From contig OZ024741.1 in the NCBI GenBank assembly GCA_964016885.1, forward strand, positions 380,246,001-380,310,000: a DNA stretch of 64,000 nucleotides, written 5' to 3'. Numbering within the stretch: the stretch's first letter is position 1; each line of letters begins with the position of its first letter. Source of the DNA: Eledone cirrhosa. Taxonomy: Eukaryota. The translations under genes and the position numbers were made by a program. Positions 1-14,352 of the stretch are shown here, in pieces. The notes under the pieces were generated by a model. That model ran no database searches. It was not told where the DNA came from and saw only the letters and a list, made by a program, of their open reading frames with translations.

Positions 1-1259
1 GTACTCCAATCATGTCAAATCATTATATGGGACGAATGTACTATGGCGCACAAAAAATCATTGGAAGCGCTTAATAATACACTAAAAGATTTGAAAGGAA
101 ATGAACAGCTCTTCGGTGGCACACTCATTTTATTGTCTGGTGATTTTCGACACACTCTACCAGTTATACCGCGATCAACACTCGCTGATGAGCTTAATGC
201 ATGTCTCAAATCATCAGTTTTATGGCGACACGTACAGAAATTAACTTTAAAAACCAATATGCGTGTACAACTACAAAATGATGCATCCGCTGAACGTTTC
301 ACAAAACAATTGCTGGATATTGGGAATGGGAAAATGGTAATCGATGAATCCACAAAATGTATGACATTGCCAACAAACTTCTGTAGAATCACGGCAACCA
401 GAGACGAACTGATTCACAAAGTTTTCCCAAATATCGCGCAGCATTAAAAAATCATCAGTGGCTCAATGCACGTGCTATATTAGCAGTCAAAAACAACGAT
501 GTCAATGCCATTAATTTCAGCATTCAAAACAAAATACCAGGCGAAGCGACAACGTATAAGTCCACCGATACTGTAATGAATCAAGACAAAATTATCAATT
601 ATCCAACTGAATTCTTGAATTCACTTGATTTGCCAGGCGTGCCACCGTACATTTTAACATTGAAAATTGGCGTGCCTATCATCCTTCTCCGAAACATCAA
701 TCCACCACAACTTTGCAACGGTACCAGGCTTTCAGTGAAAGAGATGATGAACAATATCATCGAAGCTACAATTTTAAATGGAAAATTAAAAGGAGAAGAT
801 GTACTGTTGTCACGCATCGCAATGATTCCGACAGATACGCCATTCGAATTCAAACGTTTGCAGTTTCCGGTGCGACTCGCCTTTGCAATGACTATCAACA
901 AAGCACAAGGACAATCGCTACAAGTGTGTGAACTAAATTTAGAAAATCCATGCTACTCACATGGACAGCTGTATGTGGCTTGCTCACACGTCGGTAAACC
1001 TTCTGATTTATTCGTGTACGCACCAGAAGGAAAAACAAAAAACATTGTGTATCCAAAAGCACTTCAGTAAAATAAATTAAATGTTCTTATAACGAGTTTT
1101 CTTTAAATTCATCAGTCATTCAGTCATTTAAAGATAAATGTTAAGATCTAAAAAATAGAAACTAAATTAGAGAAGTTTTTAAATAACGATAAAAATGTTA
1201 ATATTAATGTTTTCTAAATAAGCTTTTTAACACCGAGCGAAGCCGGGTAGCTCCGCTAG
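1..1259 (+). mobile_element. Helitron, 3' portion (PIF1-like helicase C-terminus and 3' terminus); runs off the window start
   Basis: ORFs 43-447 and 576-1070 carry PIF1/Helitron helicase motifs (FGGTLILLSGDFR, LKTNMRV, LLRNINPPQLCNGTRL, RLQFPVRLAFAMTINKAQGQSL, SHGQLYVA). A GC-rich subterminal segment at about 1232-1247 is followed by CTAG (1256-1259) and then T, the canonical CTRR|T end. Confidence 0.93.
43..1070 (+). pseudogene. Helitron RepHel helicase domain, frameshifted near 445
   Basis: The two ORFs lie in different frames. The gap reads as NHQWLNARAILAVKNNDV after a frameshift, matching the Helitron WL..RAILAPKN motif. Confidence 0.88.
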
Positions 1260-1379
<120 letters not shown>

Positions 1380-2249
1380 GCATGTGTTCCAGTTTAATTC
1401 ACCAAACCTTAAACAAGTACTATGTATATGTACAGTTCCTGTTCGTAATTTCAGTCTGATTCAATTCATATGTCATCCTATGAATAGGTTCCTGTCCTGA
1501 AAGACTAATAGAATGCAAATATGTATGTTGATTTTCAATTCTTACATAATAAACTTCATTAACTCTGCACAACTCATTCAGTATAAATCATTAGCATAGC
1601 TTTTGATAGGCATGAATTCATTTTAATTAGGACACTTTAATTAAACCAATTCAATCAAGTCTGAACAAATGGAAAAGTGTGTCTCTCCTGACTAAATTTA
1701 GGTAATATATTTATATATTCTTCAATAATTTCTGCAATATAATTTCTCTAGAACATTGTCAGAATATACATTTAAATAGTTAGAATTCCCATGACATCAA
1801 AACGCAGTCTATATACCTTAAACAAAGTTTACTTATTTTTATGAAATCAGGATGTCACTGTTTTGTCTTCTATATTTTAACTATTTAAGAGATGATGTCT
1901 TATGTTGGAAGTATTAAAACTGTTTAAATACATTTTTTAAATGTTTTTTGTATTTTATGAATTTCCTATGTAGAGTTCTATAAAAATAGAAAAAGATTGA
2001 AGAAAATATGAAATAATTAGTTTCCTTTTCCTATCCAAGTGGATTAATAAACATGTAATGGTCAAATATATTTCCTTCTTTCAGAACGAAATGAAACAAA
2101 ATTAGGATAGTTATGTCAGACCATCCCCCGACTTCATTAGTAAGTCCTCCTTCATGCCTTTATCAGGAATGCATTTGGGGCTCTCCTCTCTTCAAAGGGG
2201 TTCATTCTCATGAGGGGAAGAGAATACTTTGCAGATACCTTAAATCCAG

Positions 2250-2885
2250 TCGCAACAACATCAACTGATGTACATGAGGTGCATCTGGGAGCAATGGCTA
2301 ACCTCCTGTAGGCTGAGGTTACAAGAGTAATTGAAAATCTCAAATATGGCAAGGCTGCTGTGGAGAATGAAATTTAAATTGAGATGTTCATAGCCATACA
2401 TACAGAAGTTATTCTTTGACTGACATGTGTGTGATGGGTATCCTGGATCTCTGGAAAGGCATCTAAGTAATGTCAATCAGGATTGAAAATTGCAATTTTC
2501 GAAAAGAAGAAAAGAGAGAGTGCTCCAACTATAGAGGGATCTTCTATAAGTGATTAATGCAGTGAGCGATTTTAGCATTCAATAATGAACATGTCTCATG
2601 CCTAATTTATTCCTCTCTTGGTACAGCATCTCTCCTGTGAAATGTCTGGAAAAGGGATACAGGAATATTGTTTCATCTAAGCTAGCTGATAAACAGTGTG
2701 GTTTGTTCACCAAATGCAGCATAGCCAACCAAATATTTGCATTGCAGCAAGTCCCTGTGAAATCATGGAAGTATTGCCATGAGCTATATACTTGTTTGAT
2801 AGACCTTGAAAAGGCATATGACTAGTTTCCATGGGACCTTTTGTGAACGGTTCTGTCTGAGTATGAGATTGATGGGCATCTTATA
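2250..2885 (+). mobile_element. Degraded RTE-like LINE reverse transcriptase fragment
   Basis: Interrupted remnants: GKAA near 2350, CSNYRGI near 2520, and QCG...NQIFALQQ and CLIDLEKAYD in ORF 2598-2825. Confidence 0.7.
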
Positions 2886-3009
2886 TCTTCAAATATAATA
2901 TTTAAGACATTTGTTTGCACTCATAATGTCCTGTATTTGATCCTGCAGTGTGGCTTTTGTGGCAAGTGTCATTTACCATAGTCAGAGCCTGGTGTTGATC
3001 CAAGCCTTA

Positions 3010-3190
3010 TGAGTAAAATCAGGTAGATGGAAACAATTGGATGAACTGTATCTGTGATTCAAACGGCCAGTCTTTTCACACTCTCTGAGTATTAATTTAA
3101 GAGTACACATATCAGTGGAATGTTCAGCCACTTGCACATTAAATTCACAAGCAAGCTGCTCCGCTGATTGAACAACTGAAACATTCATCA
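3010..3190. repeat. Unclassified interspersed repeat, with a second diverged direct copy at about 3760-3945
   Basis: Shared colinear blocks gagtaaaa..aggtagatg, attggatgaa, ttcaaa.ggccagt, cacttg.acatt.aatt.acaagc.agctg. Confidence 0.65.
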
Positions 3191-4179
3191 TTGAAACCGA
3201 TTGAGGTCCATTCCATTATACACATTCGTACATCAACCAAAATTGCTATACTGCACCTGGTAATACCTTATCTTAATTAAATTACAAACTATGAATTGTA
3301 ACTGTAGATATCTTCCATATGATACAAAAATAGATTTATTCTTCATGTTGGCATATGAAGAGTGCTTTGCATTTGTGACAATTCAATCATTGTTGTGGTT
3401 CTTACAGCCTGGCCAAGTTTCTATATCAAGCAGCATGAATGAATTCATAGAATTTCCTTTGCTGACGTGTCTAACAAAATTTAATTAGGTCATTAGACTG
3501 CAGCCATTCTGGGGCATAACTTAAAAATCTTACTTTAGGTTATGATATCAACACCAGTACTTGTTTAGATGTTTTTTTAGTCTGGTATTCATTTCATCGA
3601 TCTCATTTCTTTAATTGCTAAGTTATCGGACATAAACAAAGACACCTACATACACACACACACACATACACACATATGTATATACAACAAGCTACCAACT
3701 AGTATCTACCTACCGAATTTCACTCATTTACCCAAACCTTATATCAAACTAAGTCATTTGAGTAAAACTAGGTAGATGAACCCTGTTTGGGAGCCTATTG
3801 GATGAATTACATCTGTAATTCAAAGGGCCAGTTTTTTCACACATTGAGTCACATGGGAATATCTGAGAATTACATTAAGATTACACGTATCTATGAAATG
3901 CTCAGTCACTTGTACATTGAATTTACAAGCCAGCTGTTCCATGTGGTTGCATAGGGAACTCCTCAACCATGCAAATATACTCGAGCCTGAATAGTTTTGA
4001 TAAATTAATAAGATAACTACAGTAGTTACATATGTGCCTAAAATATTTTAACTATCCCTTTTATATATATTACTAAATATCATGAGATGTTATAGAAGTA
4101 CAATCACCAGTTTGGGTTTATTTCTACTTTGTATGACATTCAACTATATATACATCTTGCTTGGCCAGAGAATAATATT

Positions 4180-4180
<1 letters not shown>

Positions 4181-4216
<36 letters not shown>

Positions 4217-4792
4217 CCGTTTTATGTCCGTTCTTCCACGCTAGCATTAGTTAGACGGGTTGTCCTTTTGTGGGCAGTGTCCGGTCGGCTGACCTTGTCT
4301 TGCTCATACAGGAACTGATTATGGCTTGATTTCTACAGCTAGATGCCCTTCCTAACACCAACCTCATTTACAGTGAGTGCTGGATGCTTTATTCCATGGC
4401 GCCTACACGTCCACTTTACAGTGTGAGCTGGGTGCTTTTTTTCCGTAGCACCTCCACAACCACTTTGCAGTGGGAGGGTGTGGGGCATATTGTCTATATG
4501 CTTCAGCTTTGGCTTGTACCCATGGGGATCAAGTTTTATGTATTACTGCGTGACGCCAGAGGTCACGGTCATGCGTCATCGCCTTTGAGAGGTAAGGTCG
4601 GCTTTTATCACCTCATCCCAGGTCTTCTTGGGTCCCCCCACTCCGCGGTTTCCATTGACTTCTAGTAGTGCTCTGCACCGTTTTATGCAGCTGTCATCCT
4701 TCATACGCATCACATGTCCATACCAACACAACCGCTTCTCCTGCACACATCATTTAATTCCTCTTATGCTCAGTCTCTCTCTCAGTTCATTT
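4181..4792 (-). mobile_element. RTE-clade LINE 3' end with (GAT)n tail
   Basis: The minus strand of about 4600-4790 translates to ELRERLSIRGI..VQEKRLCWYGHVMRM..PKKTWDEVIKADL, an RTE C-terminus. The tail is the (CAT)n run on + at 4181-4217. Confidence 0.8.
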
Positions 4793-6865
4793 TTATATGA
4801 ACACTAAATTTTTTCCATCATCAACATATTCAGCTCAACTACGATTATTTCAAAAACATAGGAAGTAGTCCAACCAAAGTTTTTATTATATAAATAGTCA
4901 ACCAACCCCTATTCGTACTTTAATCACCTGTTAATCCTATTACTAGGCACCACTCAATACATTTTACAAACTATGACAAAGGATATGGATCTAGTGAAGA
5001 TGGCTAAGGATGTTTGATAGTTTTATAATTATTTCCCTTGATTGCTAGAAGAGAACAACAGTATCTTAAACACAAAATGCTTTTCCTACGCCCCCACCCA
5101 TGTTTGTTTCTATTGTTGTTATCATTGATGTTTAAATCATTGGAGTTAAATCCCTTTTTTAATGTACATCTCTAATTTTTAGTTGTTATTTAGCCTAATT
5201 TTAATACTGAGTGAGCAATTCCAAAATGTCCCATCAGTGATAACCCCAGGGTTGATCCAGATAGAGTGTATCTTTATATATTATATCTGATGTGTCCTTC
5301 ACTTTTAGCATTGCAGAGGGTTATATGAGAAAGGTTTGATTGGTATCTATAGCAGTTAGAATGACCTTTTAAACGAGAACTTTTGTAGTTCAGTGTTCAT
5401 ACTTTCAGTGTTCTTGTATTTGTTGTTTAGTCACAGGCTAATTCTAACTGAACAGATCTATAGATATAAAAGACCTTCAAGATGTATTCATACCATCTTT
5501 TTTGAAGGGTAGCATTTGAAGAAGATAAGAGATGACATAGAAACTTTTTAATTGCCTGTTTTTTATTTTTTTTTATTTTGAAGTGGAATGGTACAGACTA
5601 CTTTTTTCCTCATATTAGTCCTAAAGGGAAGGGCTACACTCATAACCCTTTTATTTAGTGCCAATGAGGTTAAATTGGGAAAAGGTAAAAGTTATCCTTA
5701 GAGAAATGACCTAAACCTTGCAAACGAGTGAACTCCACTAAAAGGAACCAAGAGATCAGTTATTGGTATTTGGATGATGGATTAAATTTACCACCAAATT
5801 AAACTCTCTGGTATCAATCTGTTGAAATCAAGGGATGTAGTCAAATATTTTTGTAATGTTCCATGAAGTGTGAAAGTAAAGTATTACATTGACTTGATTA
5901 CCACATCAGTTCAGTGAACACTAACACTTTGATACCAAACAGCCTGGAACTGCTCCTGGTTTTGAGACTAAACTGTTTATTTCGAAGTGTTAATTAGCGT
6001 CATCATCATTGGTTTGTTTTTGACAACTTTTCCAAGCTGACGTACGTCGAACAAAAGTTTTTTGAGGCAATATTTCACCTACCTTGTTGTCATTGACACA
6101 TCTGGTCAGTTCTTATGACACGCAAGCATACATTGTTCATATTCTAAACCAGATATACTAGAAACTTTCCATCATAATTTTATAGAAAGAACACTTTGCT
6201 AAGTATTGAGAAACTTAATTATATTGAAAACCATCTCAAAATTCTTGATATTTTTTTGGAAATTACTACTGTAAGCATTTGCATTGTTGCACTTGGAAGT
6301 TTAAATTTATGATAAATACAGGTGGTGAGTTAATAAACTGAATTAAAAGTAGTGCATATTTGTTCATTCTTACATATTTTCATATGTGAATATAAATTAA
6401 CATCATTATCATGACTGTCTTCATCATTGTCACCATCATCATCATCATTGTCAAACAACTGGTGCAGTATTGTCAACATCATCATCATCATTGTACATGC
6501 TATAAATTAACATACCCAATACTTACCACTACCATCACCATCACCACTACTACCACCACCAGCAGAGTCATCCATATTCAATATCAATGTTGAAAGAAAG
6601 CCAGAGTGCAGAATTTTGTATATGAGATTATGTTTGAAGAATGATGAATGTGCTATAAAAAAAAATAATAATAGAATGACCCACAGATAATAAGTGCAAA
6701 CAATATAAGCCAGGATCTTCTGAAGTTTTTTGTTTTTTATTTGAACCATATCATAGGCCATAACATAAAAGACTAGACCTTTTAGTGGTGGAAAAAATGA
6801 CTGTAAAAAGTCATTTGAGGTCTGAATTTCAAAGGAAAAGAAAAGCAAGAATCTTACATCACTTG

Positions 6866-6972
<107 letters not shown>

Positions 6973-7120
6973 AAGGCAAGTCACAAGATGAGGAAGAATC
7001 GTATGTATTGGGTAAATCAGTGTTGAATGTATAAAAAATATTTGGAGAATTCTACTGGAGAGATAACTATACTTCACAAAATAAAGGCCCAATATTGACT
7101 AGATAGAAGACAGCTACTAT

Positions 7121-7300
7121 ACTGATTGGCAGTATCGGTAGAGGGTCAGACGCCATAATTTGCAGCACAGTTACATCCCTTTATGGACTGAGTTCAAATC
7201 CCGTTAACTTTGCCTTTTATCCTTATGGGGTCGATAAAATAAAGTACCAGTAATACACTGTGATAATTGCTGGCCTTGTGCGAAAAGTAGAAACAATTAT
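7121..7300 (+). mobile_element. tRNA-derived SINE with Nin/Deu-like core
   Basis: A-box-like tggcagtatcgg, B-box gagttcaaatcc, core actttgcctttt..ggggtcgataaaataaagtaccag, and tail ggccttgtgcgaaaagtagaaacaattatt. Confidence 0.85.
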
Positions 7301-8037
7301 TTCTGCCATGATTCTTATTAACAAATAGGATAAATATCTGCCATTTTGTATCATTTGGCTCTTACATCAGTGACCAACATTTTTATTCATCTCAAACTTT
7401 GTCATCAATTTGCATTACATTAAATAGGTGCTGTTGAAGTTCCTTATCACTACCAATTTAATTTACTTCCTTAACATCGCAAATATTTATTGAAATGGCA
7501 ACATCAAGTAATTCAACATTTTGGGGTTTAAGCAGCGTTATTATGCTTATGAAATATAGCCACTCTATATAGTCATCAACGATATCTATCAATAATTCCA
7601 GTCATTTAAAAATTGTGAAGGCCCCGAGTATTCCCATTTCCACAAAATCTAGCAAGTGAAAAAATTGATATAGGATTTATTGTGATACAAATATTTGTTA
7701 ATGGTGTGACTGGTTTGAAGTGTGAAATGATTTCAGAAATATTTATTTCCCCTCTGTATATCTCTTTACTTTTTATCACATTAAGGATAAGATAATGCAT
7801 AATAATGTTTCCTTCTGTTACACAAAATGAAGCCCAACGTGTGTAAGATTATCCATAACTCTGTAACAGTAAGGTATCATATCTGGTGCGTTGGATACAC
7901 ATTACCATGTAAGTAAGAACGTTTACAAGAAAATAAAAATGAGGTAGAAAGGACTGAAAGTAATATTTTGGGATGTGCACTTCATCTGACAGTTAAACAT
8001 TAGGGGCAGTAAAACTAATTCAGTTTAAATAAATAAT

Positions 8038-8222
8038 TGTTTCTACTTTAGGCACAAGGCCAGCAATTACCCAGTGCATTACTGGTACTTTATTTTATCG
8101 ACCCCATAAGGATGAAAGGCAAAGTCAACCTCGGCGGGATTTGAACTCAGATCGTAAAGGGACGTAATTATGCTGGAAAGCATGGCGTCCGACCCTCTAC
8201 CGATACTGCCAATCCACCGCCC
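8038..8222 (-). mobile_element. Full-length SINE (same family) with a 19-bp target-site duplication
   Basis: Reverse complement of the SINE; ttcagtttaaataaataat flanks it at 8019-8037 and 8223-8241. Confidence 0.92.
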
Positions 8223-9519
8223 TTCAGTTTAAATAAATAATATATGCTAAAACCTGCATTGAATACTCAAAGCTTCTTTCATTGATGATCTGTAACATAT
8301 GAGTAAATACATATACATTTAAGAGAGAGAAGGCACTTCACTCTGGAGGTGCATGTGATAATGTATTGATAAAATATACACTGTATATTCTGGAATGATA
8401 ACACAGGTACCAAAGAATATGTGCTCTATATACTCTATGAAAGCATTCCAAATATGAACATCTGAGCAAGATGATATCTGAACGACTTGTAGCCTTAGAC
8501 CATGACAATTCGTACCAGCATGGAAACTGGACATTAAAAATGATAGGTATATTAAACATATATATGATATGATAAACATAAGTATAAGAGTGAAGACTGT
8601 ATTACTATAGACATGCGATACAGAGGAAAGATGTCAGCTGGAAAAGAAGGAGACCCAGGGAGGCTGGGGACGAAGAGATGAAGCCCAACCTTAAGAAACT
8701 TAATTCATGACAGATTTGATAAAGGACCATGATGGCTAGCTCTATGTAACCTGACACATCCCTGGGTCTCTCTTTCTTAATAGTTATTCTAACCATCAGT
8801 GCACACACCCACCCCATCCATACCCCCTCCATATTCACTCTAGTTATCACTTTAGTTATCCCCCACTCAAAATACCTTAGATACCCATACAATATCATCT
8901 TATCTACACTCTCTACCCATGCCTAATCCACTGCCACTCTTTAGCTAATCTCTCCATCACTACATTTCCCCTCAATCCTGACACACTGGTAGGCAGCCCC
9001 CCCCCCCATCGACACACACATACACTACATACCACTCCATTCATGCTTGTATCTCAATTGCCAATTAAGTATACTCACCACCACTACATACCATCACCCT
9101 ATGCTATTAAAAGTCATCCTTTCCATCCTACTCATCACTTTGCCAAATGACACCACAATTACCATGCATCCATAACTTCATACTTGTCTTTCATCTCCTC
9201 ACAAGCTCTAACCCCAACAGATAGGAGAGAGCTCTTCAGTTAGGATAATAACCAGCATCATCTCTAGTGTTGGGAGCATGAACATGCACCTGGTATATCC
9301 TGTAAGGCTGATGAGGTTAGGAAGGGTACACTGCCGTAGCTACCATGCTGAAAGGGTTGAGGAGATCCTTTAGTTGTGTCAACAGTGTGAAAACCTCTCA
9401 AATGTTGATGATAGAAAACTTGTCAAATAAAAGGTTGAGAGGAGCTTTCAACTGTGTCAAGGGTATGACAACCACTGTACTGTTGATGGTTTACATGATA
9501 AATGAACCTAGTACATGTT

Positions 9520-9785
9520 GTAAAGTGGTTTGAGATAGAAAGGGCATTCAGCCATAAAAAAAGCTTTCCAAACAAAGGTTTGGGGACCCCTTCATTTTTT
9601 GTCAAAGACATGACAACTTCTCTCATGCCAGTATTACAATAACATGCATGTGATACCGATTTGGACTATATGCTGATCACTTGCCTGTCTGTGAGTCAGT
9701 AGCCGCACTTAAGTACTGACTCAGCCTGTAATTATCTGTTGCAACCCTTGCAGGCAGGGAAAGCGGATGTTAAATGTTGATGATA
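9520..9785 (+). mobile_element. Degraded RTE-associated repeat 3' end (related to the 4181-4400 tail)
   Basis: aagggcattcagccataaaaa and gggaaagcggatgttaaatgttgatgat resemble the reverse complement of motifs in 4200-4360. Confidence 0.5.
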
Positions 9786-11910
9786 TATACAAATGCTTTC
9801 ATGGTGGGCTTGTATTTAGAATACATTCAAATATGAAATGTATGAACTAGTCGAGGTCGCTCTGACCGATCTGGTCTCACACCATGACAAGCCATTCAAC
9901 ACATGGTACTATGGAGAACAAAGACAATGGTACATTGTAATGACATGCACACACACATATGTATACCAATATATATATATATATATAAGCACACACACAA
10001 ACACATATGTATTCTCAAAATAGGGTCCATTTTTTGTGATGTATCAAAAGATGCCATTCAGCAAGATTTTTAGCTAAGGTAATCATTACATCTAACACAA
10101 CCTTTCTTCAAATAAAAGTGTTGTGTCTTGCTTAGAATCTCTTCGTTTCTCCCACTCCGTCTTACATAGTTTCTTAATTGTGAACTTGCATAAGCAACGT
10201 TTGTCGATTTTATCAACACTTAGAATAGCCCTTTTGATTGTACTACTAAAGTATGTAAACCTGTCACTCCCTTTCAGTTATCAATATATTTTCCATGATT
10301 TATCTTGCAAATATCAATGCTGACATGCATTGTGAATATCAAAGCAAGAATCGCTATAAATCTAATAATTTCTGCTCTGTTCATAGCTATAAATATTATG
10401 TCACTATTTGATTTACTTTTCTGCTCAGGCTTATATTTGATGGAAATTATGCTTCCAAAGTATTCCATATAAAATATAAATATTTCTCAGTTAAAACTCT
10501 TCCATCTTTAAACTATATAGCACATATTTTAATCCTTTCATTATCATTACTATATTTCTAATATCATTGCATTTAAATAATGAAGAATTTAGAGGGCTCT
10601 ACAAAAGATTATTAATTTCATTATAAAGATCTTATTTGTAGCATAACTTTGCAAAAAGATTTGTATGTAAATTATATTGAAAGGTTTTATTGAAAATAGG
10701 AAGCCATTATATTGGTGTTTTTTTTTCATTAATCCAAGGACAAATATGGTTACAGGTACGACATCTCTTGTAGTTTCAACCAATAAGAAAAAAGATAAAC
10801 ATATCAGCATAAGCTTATTTTCTAATGCAGGGTTCTAGCATGGCACTACCCAAATGGCTAAAATTTGTAAAGGAATATATATTTGGAGAACAAATTTAAT
10901 ATTTCAGTACCATATTCCTAATGAAAGATACTACGTATGCTTTTCAATTAATTTTGAAAATAATCACAAATTTGGAGGGATTTAATTATATAACTAATAT
11001 TAATCTGATATAGGATGGGAGATAGCCACAACCATTAAAGTGTCGAATAAAATGCTTTGCAGCATTTAATCTAGGAACTTTACATTCTGACTTCAAATCC
11101 TGCCATGTTCAATATAATTGAATTTTCCCTCCCCTGAAATTGCTGTCATATCTACATTAATAATCATTATTAATCTGGTGTTTCAACAAGGATCCTTACA
11201 TAAAATTAATATGGACAGTTTTTAGATAAATTATTTAAAATATGCAACTCGGTATCATATAATCAGAGGTGGTTTCATATCAAAAATGTAAATAACATTT
11301 ACAGGAACCTATATGAAATCACATGAAATGATAAAGATATAGCAGGCATATTTCCTCTAAATCAGACCATAAAATCTTAACAAACAAAGTTTGTCAATAT
11401 ATGACCAAATATAATCCTACACGCACCATCTTGAAAATAGACAAAATGTCTTTGATCATAGGCACCAGGGATAAATAGCAACAACAATAAAAAACGACTG
11501 TTTAACTTGTCATGCTTAAAATAAAATATACCATAAATATGAAATATATAATTCCCAATGGAAATGATTATGATAGTCGATCACTATAAATTATAGTTGA
11601 GAAAATCTGATAAAATAGCCTTAGTAATGGATAAAAAGGGGACTGAGTCATCTCCAAGGAATCATGCCCCATATCTCTCAGATGCCAGTAGTACTTTATC
11701 TTATCTTTTCAACTATTATTTATAGATCAACTACTATTATGGTTAATTAGAATTTGAAATTTTCCCAATGTTTCTTTAGTAAACTGCTTTGTTTAAATAG
11801 AAAAAAAACTTTTTCAGAAACAAGAAAAATTTTTTTTATGAATAAGACAAGAACATTAAAACAGGATATTTTAAACAAACAATATACCTAAGCCGAATAA
11901 TAAGAATATA

Positions 11911-13107
11911 TGAGGGTAAGTCAAACATTATCTGCACATTTACCCTAACATATTTTTAGGTTTGTTACACTGCCTTCTGCTCATACGTGCTTATAGTTGG
12001 TACTATTGTAGTCATGTGATCGAGGTTTGTGTTTGGTTGCATCAGTTTTCTTGCTGCTCTTACAATGTAAACATGGCTGCATCACTATCAGTGTGCACCA
12101 AAGAGGGACAATAAGCATTGATCCAATTTCTCTTATTTGAAGGTGCGTCAGAGACTGAAATTCATCAGAGGCGTTTAACTCAATACAGTGACAGCACATT
12201 ATCATATAGAAGTGTGTATCATTGGGTTGAGAAGTTTTATGGTCGGACAAGTATAATTCACAAAGATAGAGTAGGATACCATCAAATTCCACCAATGACA
12301 AGAAGACTCGGGAAGGTCAAGAGATGGTAATAGAAAACGGATGAGCTATCATTGATGACATAGCATCTTCTCTGCAGATTAGCCCAGCTACCATACAGTA
12401 TGTGTGAGACGATTACTAAAAGAGCTTGCTGTACATCACACGTACAAATGTGTTGAGGTCTGCCAATGTTTACTTGACCTATAAAACCATGAAGGCGAAG
12501 AATTCTTTAGCAGAATAGTCACAGGAGATGAAACGTGGGTCCATCAACTATGAGCCAGAATTCAAAAAACCGAGTTTGGAATGGAAATATCCTGGCTCAC
12601 TAGAGTCAAAGAAATTAAAAACTCAATCTATAGCAGGAAAGTTGATGCTAACGATTTTTTGAAACTAAAAAGGGCCTATACTGACACACTACCTGGAAAA
12701 AAGGTTTATGATTAAAGCAATTTTCCCAAAATACCAAAGCCTATTGCTGAAGAAAGTTTTGTTGTTGCATAACATTTCACACTCACATGCAGCCGGCCAG
12801 ACCATTGAAAACCATTAATCGATTAAGTTTTGCATCGTCGAGTTATCATCTCATTGGACTACTCAAAAATGTTTTACAAGGTCGTTGATTTCCTACAGAT
12901 AAAGTAGTGCAGGAAGTGGTGCATAGATTGATGCGTGATAAAGCCAAAACTTCCTTGTGGGGATATGCAAGCTTGTGGACTGCTAGACCCGTGGTGCATT
13001 GAAATGGAAGGAGACTATGTAAAAATAATGATGTACTTCTTTGAACCCTGCTTTTGTGTAAAGAAATTGAAAAATCAAGAGTGTAGATAATATTTTACTT
13101 TCCCACG
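11911..13107 (+). mobile_element. Decayed mariner (Tc1/mariner) DNA transposon, about 1.2 kb
   Basis: TA-flanked imperfect TIRs (tgagggtaagtcaaacattatctgcac / gtgtagataatattttactttcccacg). Transposase remnants IQFLLFEG..SYRSVYHWVEKF, RIVTGDETWVH and AGKLMLTIF are broken by stops and frameshifts. Confidence 0.9.
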
Positions 13108-13140
13108 TATATATATACATTGTAATAATAATAGTAATAA

Positions 13141-13400
13141 TTGTTTCTACTTTTGGCACAAGGCCAGCAATTGTTCCAGTGTATTACTGGTACTTTATTT
13201 TATTGATCCCATAAGGATGAAAGGCAAAGTTAACCTCGGCGGGTTTTGAACTCAGACTATAAAGGGCTGTAACTCTTTGCTGCAAAGCATGGTGCCTGAC
13301 CCTCTACCGATACTGCCAATCCACCGCCATAATAATAATAATGGTTTCTACGTTTTGCACAAGGCCAGCAATTATCCCAGTGCATTACTGGCACTTTATC

Positions 13401-13438
<38 letters not shown>

Positions 13439-13626
13439 TGTTACTACTTTACGCACAAACCCAGCAATTATCCCAGTGTATTAGTGGTACTTTATTTTAT
13501 CGAACCCGTAAGGATGAAAGGCAGAGTTAACCTTGGCAAGATTTGAACTCAGACTATAAAGGGGCGTAACTCCTTGCCGCAAAGCAAGGCATCCGATCCT
13601 CTACCGATACTGTCAATCCACCGTCC
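13141..13626 (-). mobile_element. Tandem SINE cluster in (TAA)n: full copy 13141-13328, 3' fragment about 13343-13400, full copy 13438-13626
   Basis: Same SINE family; each unit is preceded on + by (TAA)n. Confidence 0.88.
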
Positions 13627-13630
13627 TTCT

Positions 13631-14262
13631 ATTACAAAATCAAAGCTGAAGACAAGTGGTACATTCATCGCCCTGAGGCTGTAACTAAAGGAGAAAAAGT
13701 AACAATTCTCTGGGATTTTCCTGTACATACTGACAGGACCATAAAAGCAAATAGACCTGACATCATTATAAAAGATCAACATAACAAGGTATGTTTGTTG
13801 ATAGATATGAGCATCCCACGTGATCTCAATATCGCGGCAAAAGAATTTGACAAGCTTCGAAAATATAAAGATCTGCTTATTGAAATTGAGAAAATGTGGC
13901 ACCTCAAGGCCGTTACAATACCAGTGATTGTGGGAGGACTGCGAATGATCAAGAAAGGAACAGAACAATATTTGCGAATGATTCCTGGTTTACCCTCTCT
14001 GCATGATGTGCAAAAAATTGTATTGACTGGTACTGCACACGTATTGAGAAGAGCACTATCTCTGTAAGATTGATATCTCTTGTATTTACATATGCATATG
14101 CACATGTGTATATATGTATATTGTTTTTTTTTATTTATTTTCTTTTTTTATTATAATCAATGTGTTGTATTAACTGGCTTACCAATGCACACTGTGAATT
14201 TATTTGCCTTAAGTGTCAGGAAGACACTCGGCATACATCTCGGAAACAATAATGAAAGAAAA
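13631..14262 (+). mobile_element. R4/Dong family C, 5'-truncated (RLE C-terminus and 3' UTR)
   Basis: NRPDIII..LIDMSIP..KLRKY RLE motifs (ORF 13795-14067 and upstream); colinear with 41442-42049; ends in TAA repeats. Confidence 0.9.
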
Positions 14263-14280
14263 TAATAATTATTATTATTA

Positions 14281-14350
14281 TTTCTACTTTTGGCACAAGG
14301 CCAGCAATTATGCCAGTACATTACTGGTACTTTATTTTATCGACCCCGTA
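14281..14350 (-). mobile_element. SINE 3' half fragment
   Basis: tttctacttttggcacaaggccagcaatt..ctggtactttattttatcgacccc. Confidence 0.8.
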
Positions 14351-14352
14351 AT

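Noticed and set aside
7121-7210. tRNA gene suggested by A and B boxes
   Set aside because: It is the head of a multi-copy SINE; no cloverleaf is evident.
8319-8579. Protein-like ORFs or exons near 8340-8560 and 9838-9930
   Set aside because: 8443-8530 and 9824-9910 resemble each other at the DNA level (catt.caaatatgaa..tctga.cga..accatgacaa..catgg.act) without matching peptides, so they look like a decayed interspersed repeat.
10060-10810. Short minus-strand ORFs that might be a decayed membrane-protein gene
   Set aside because: No motif, consistent frame or convincing splice sites.
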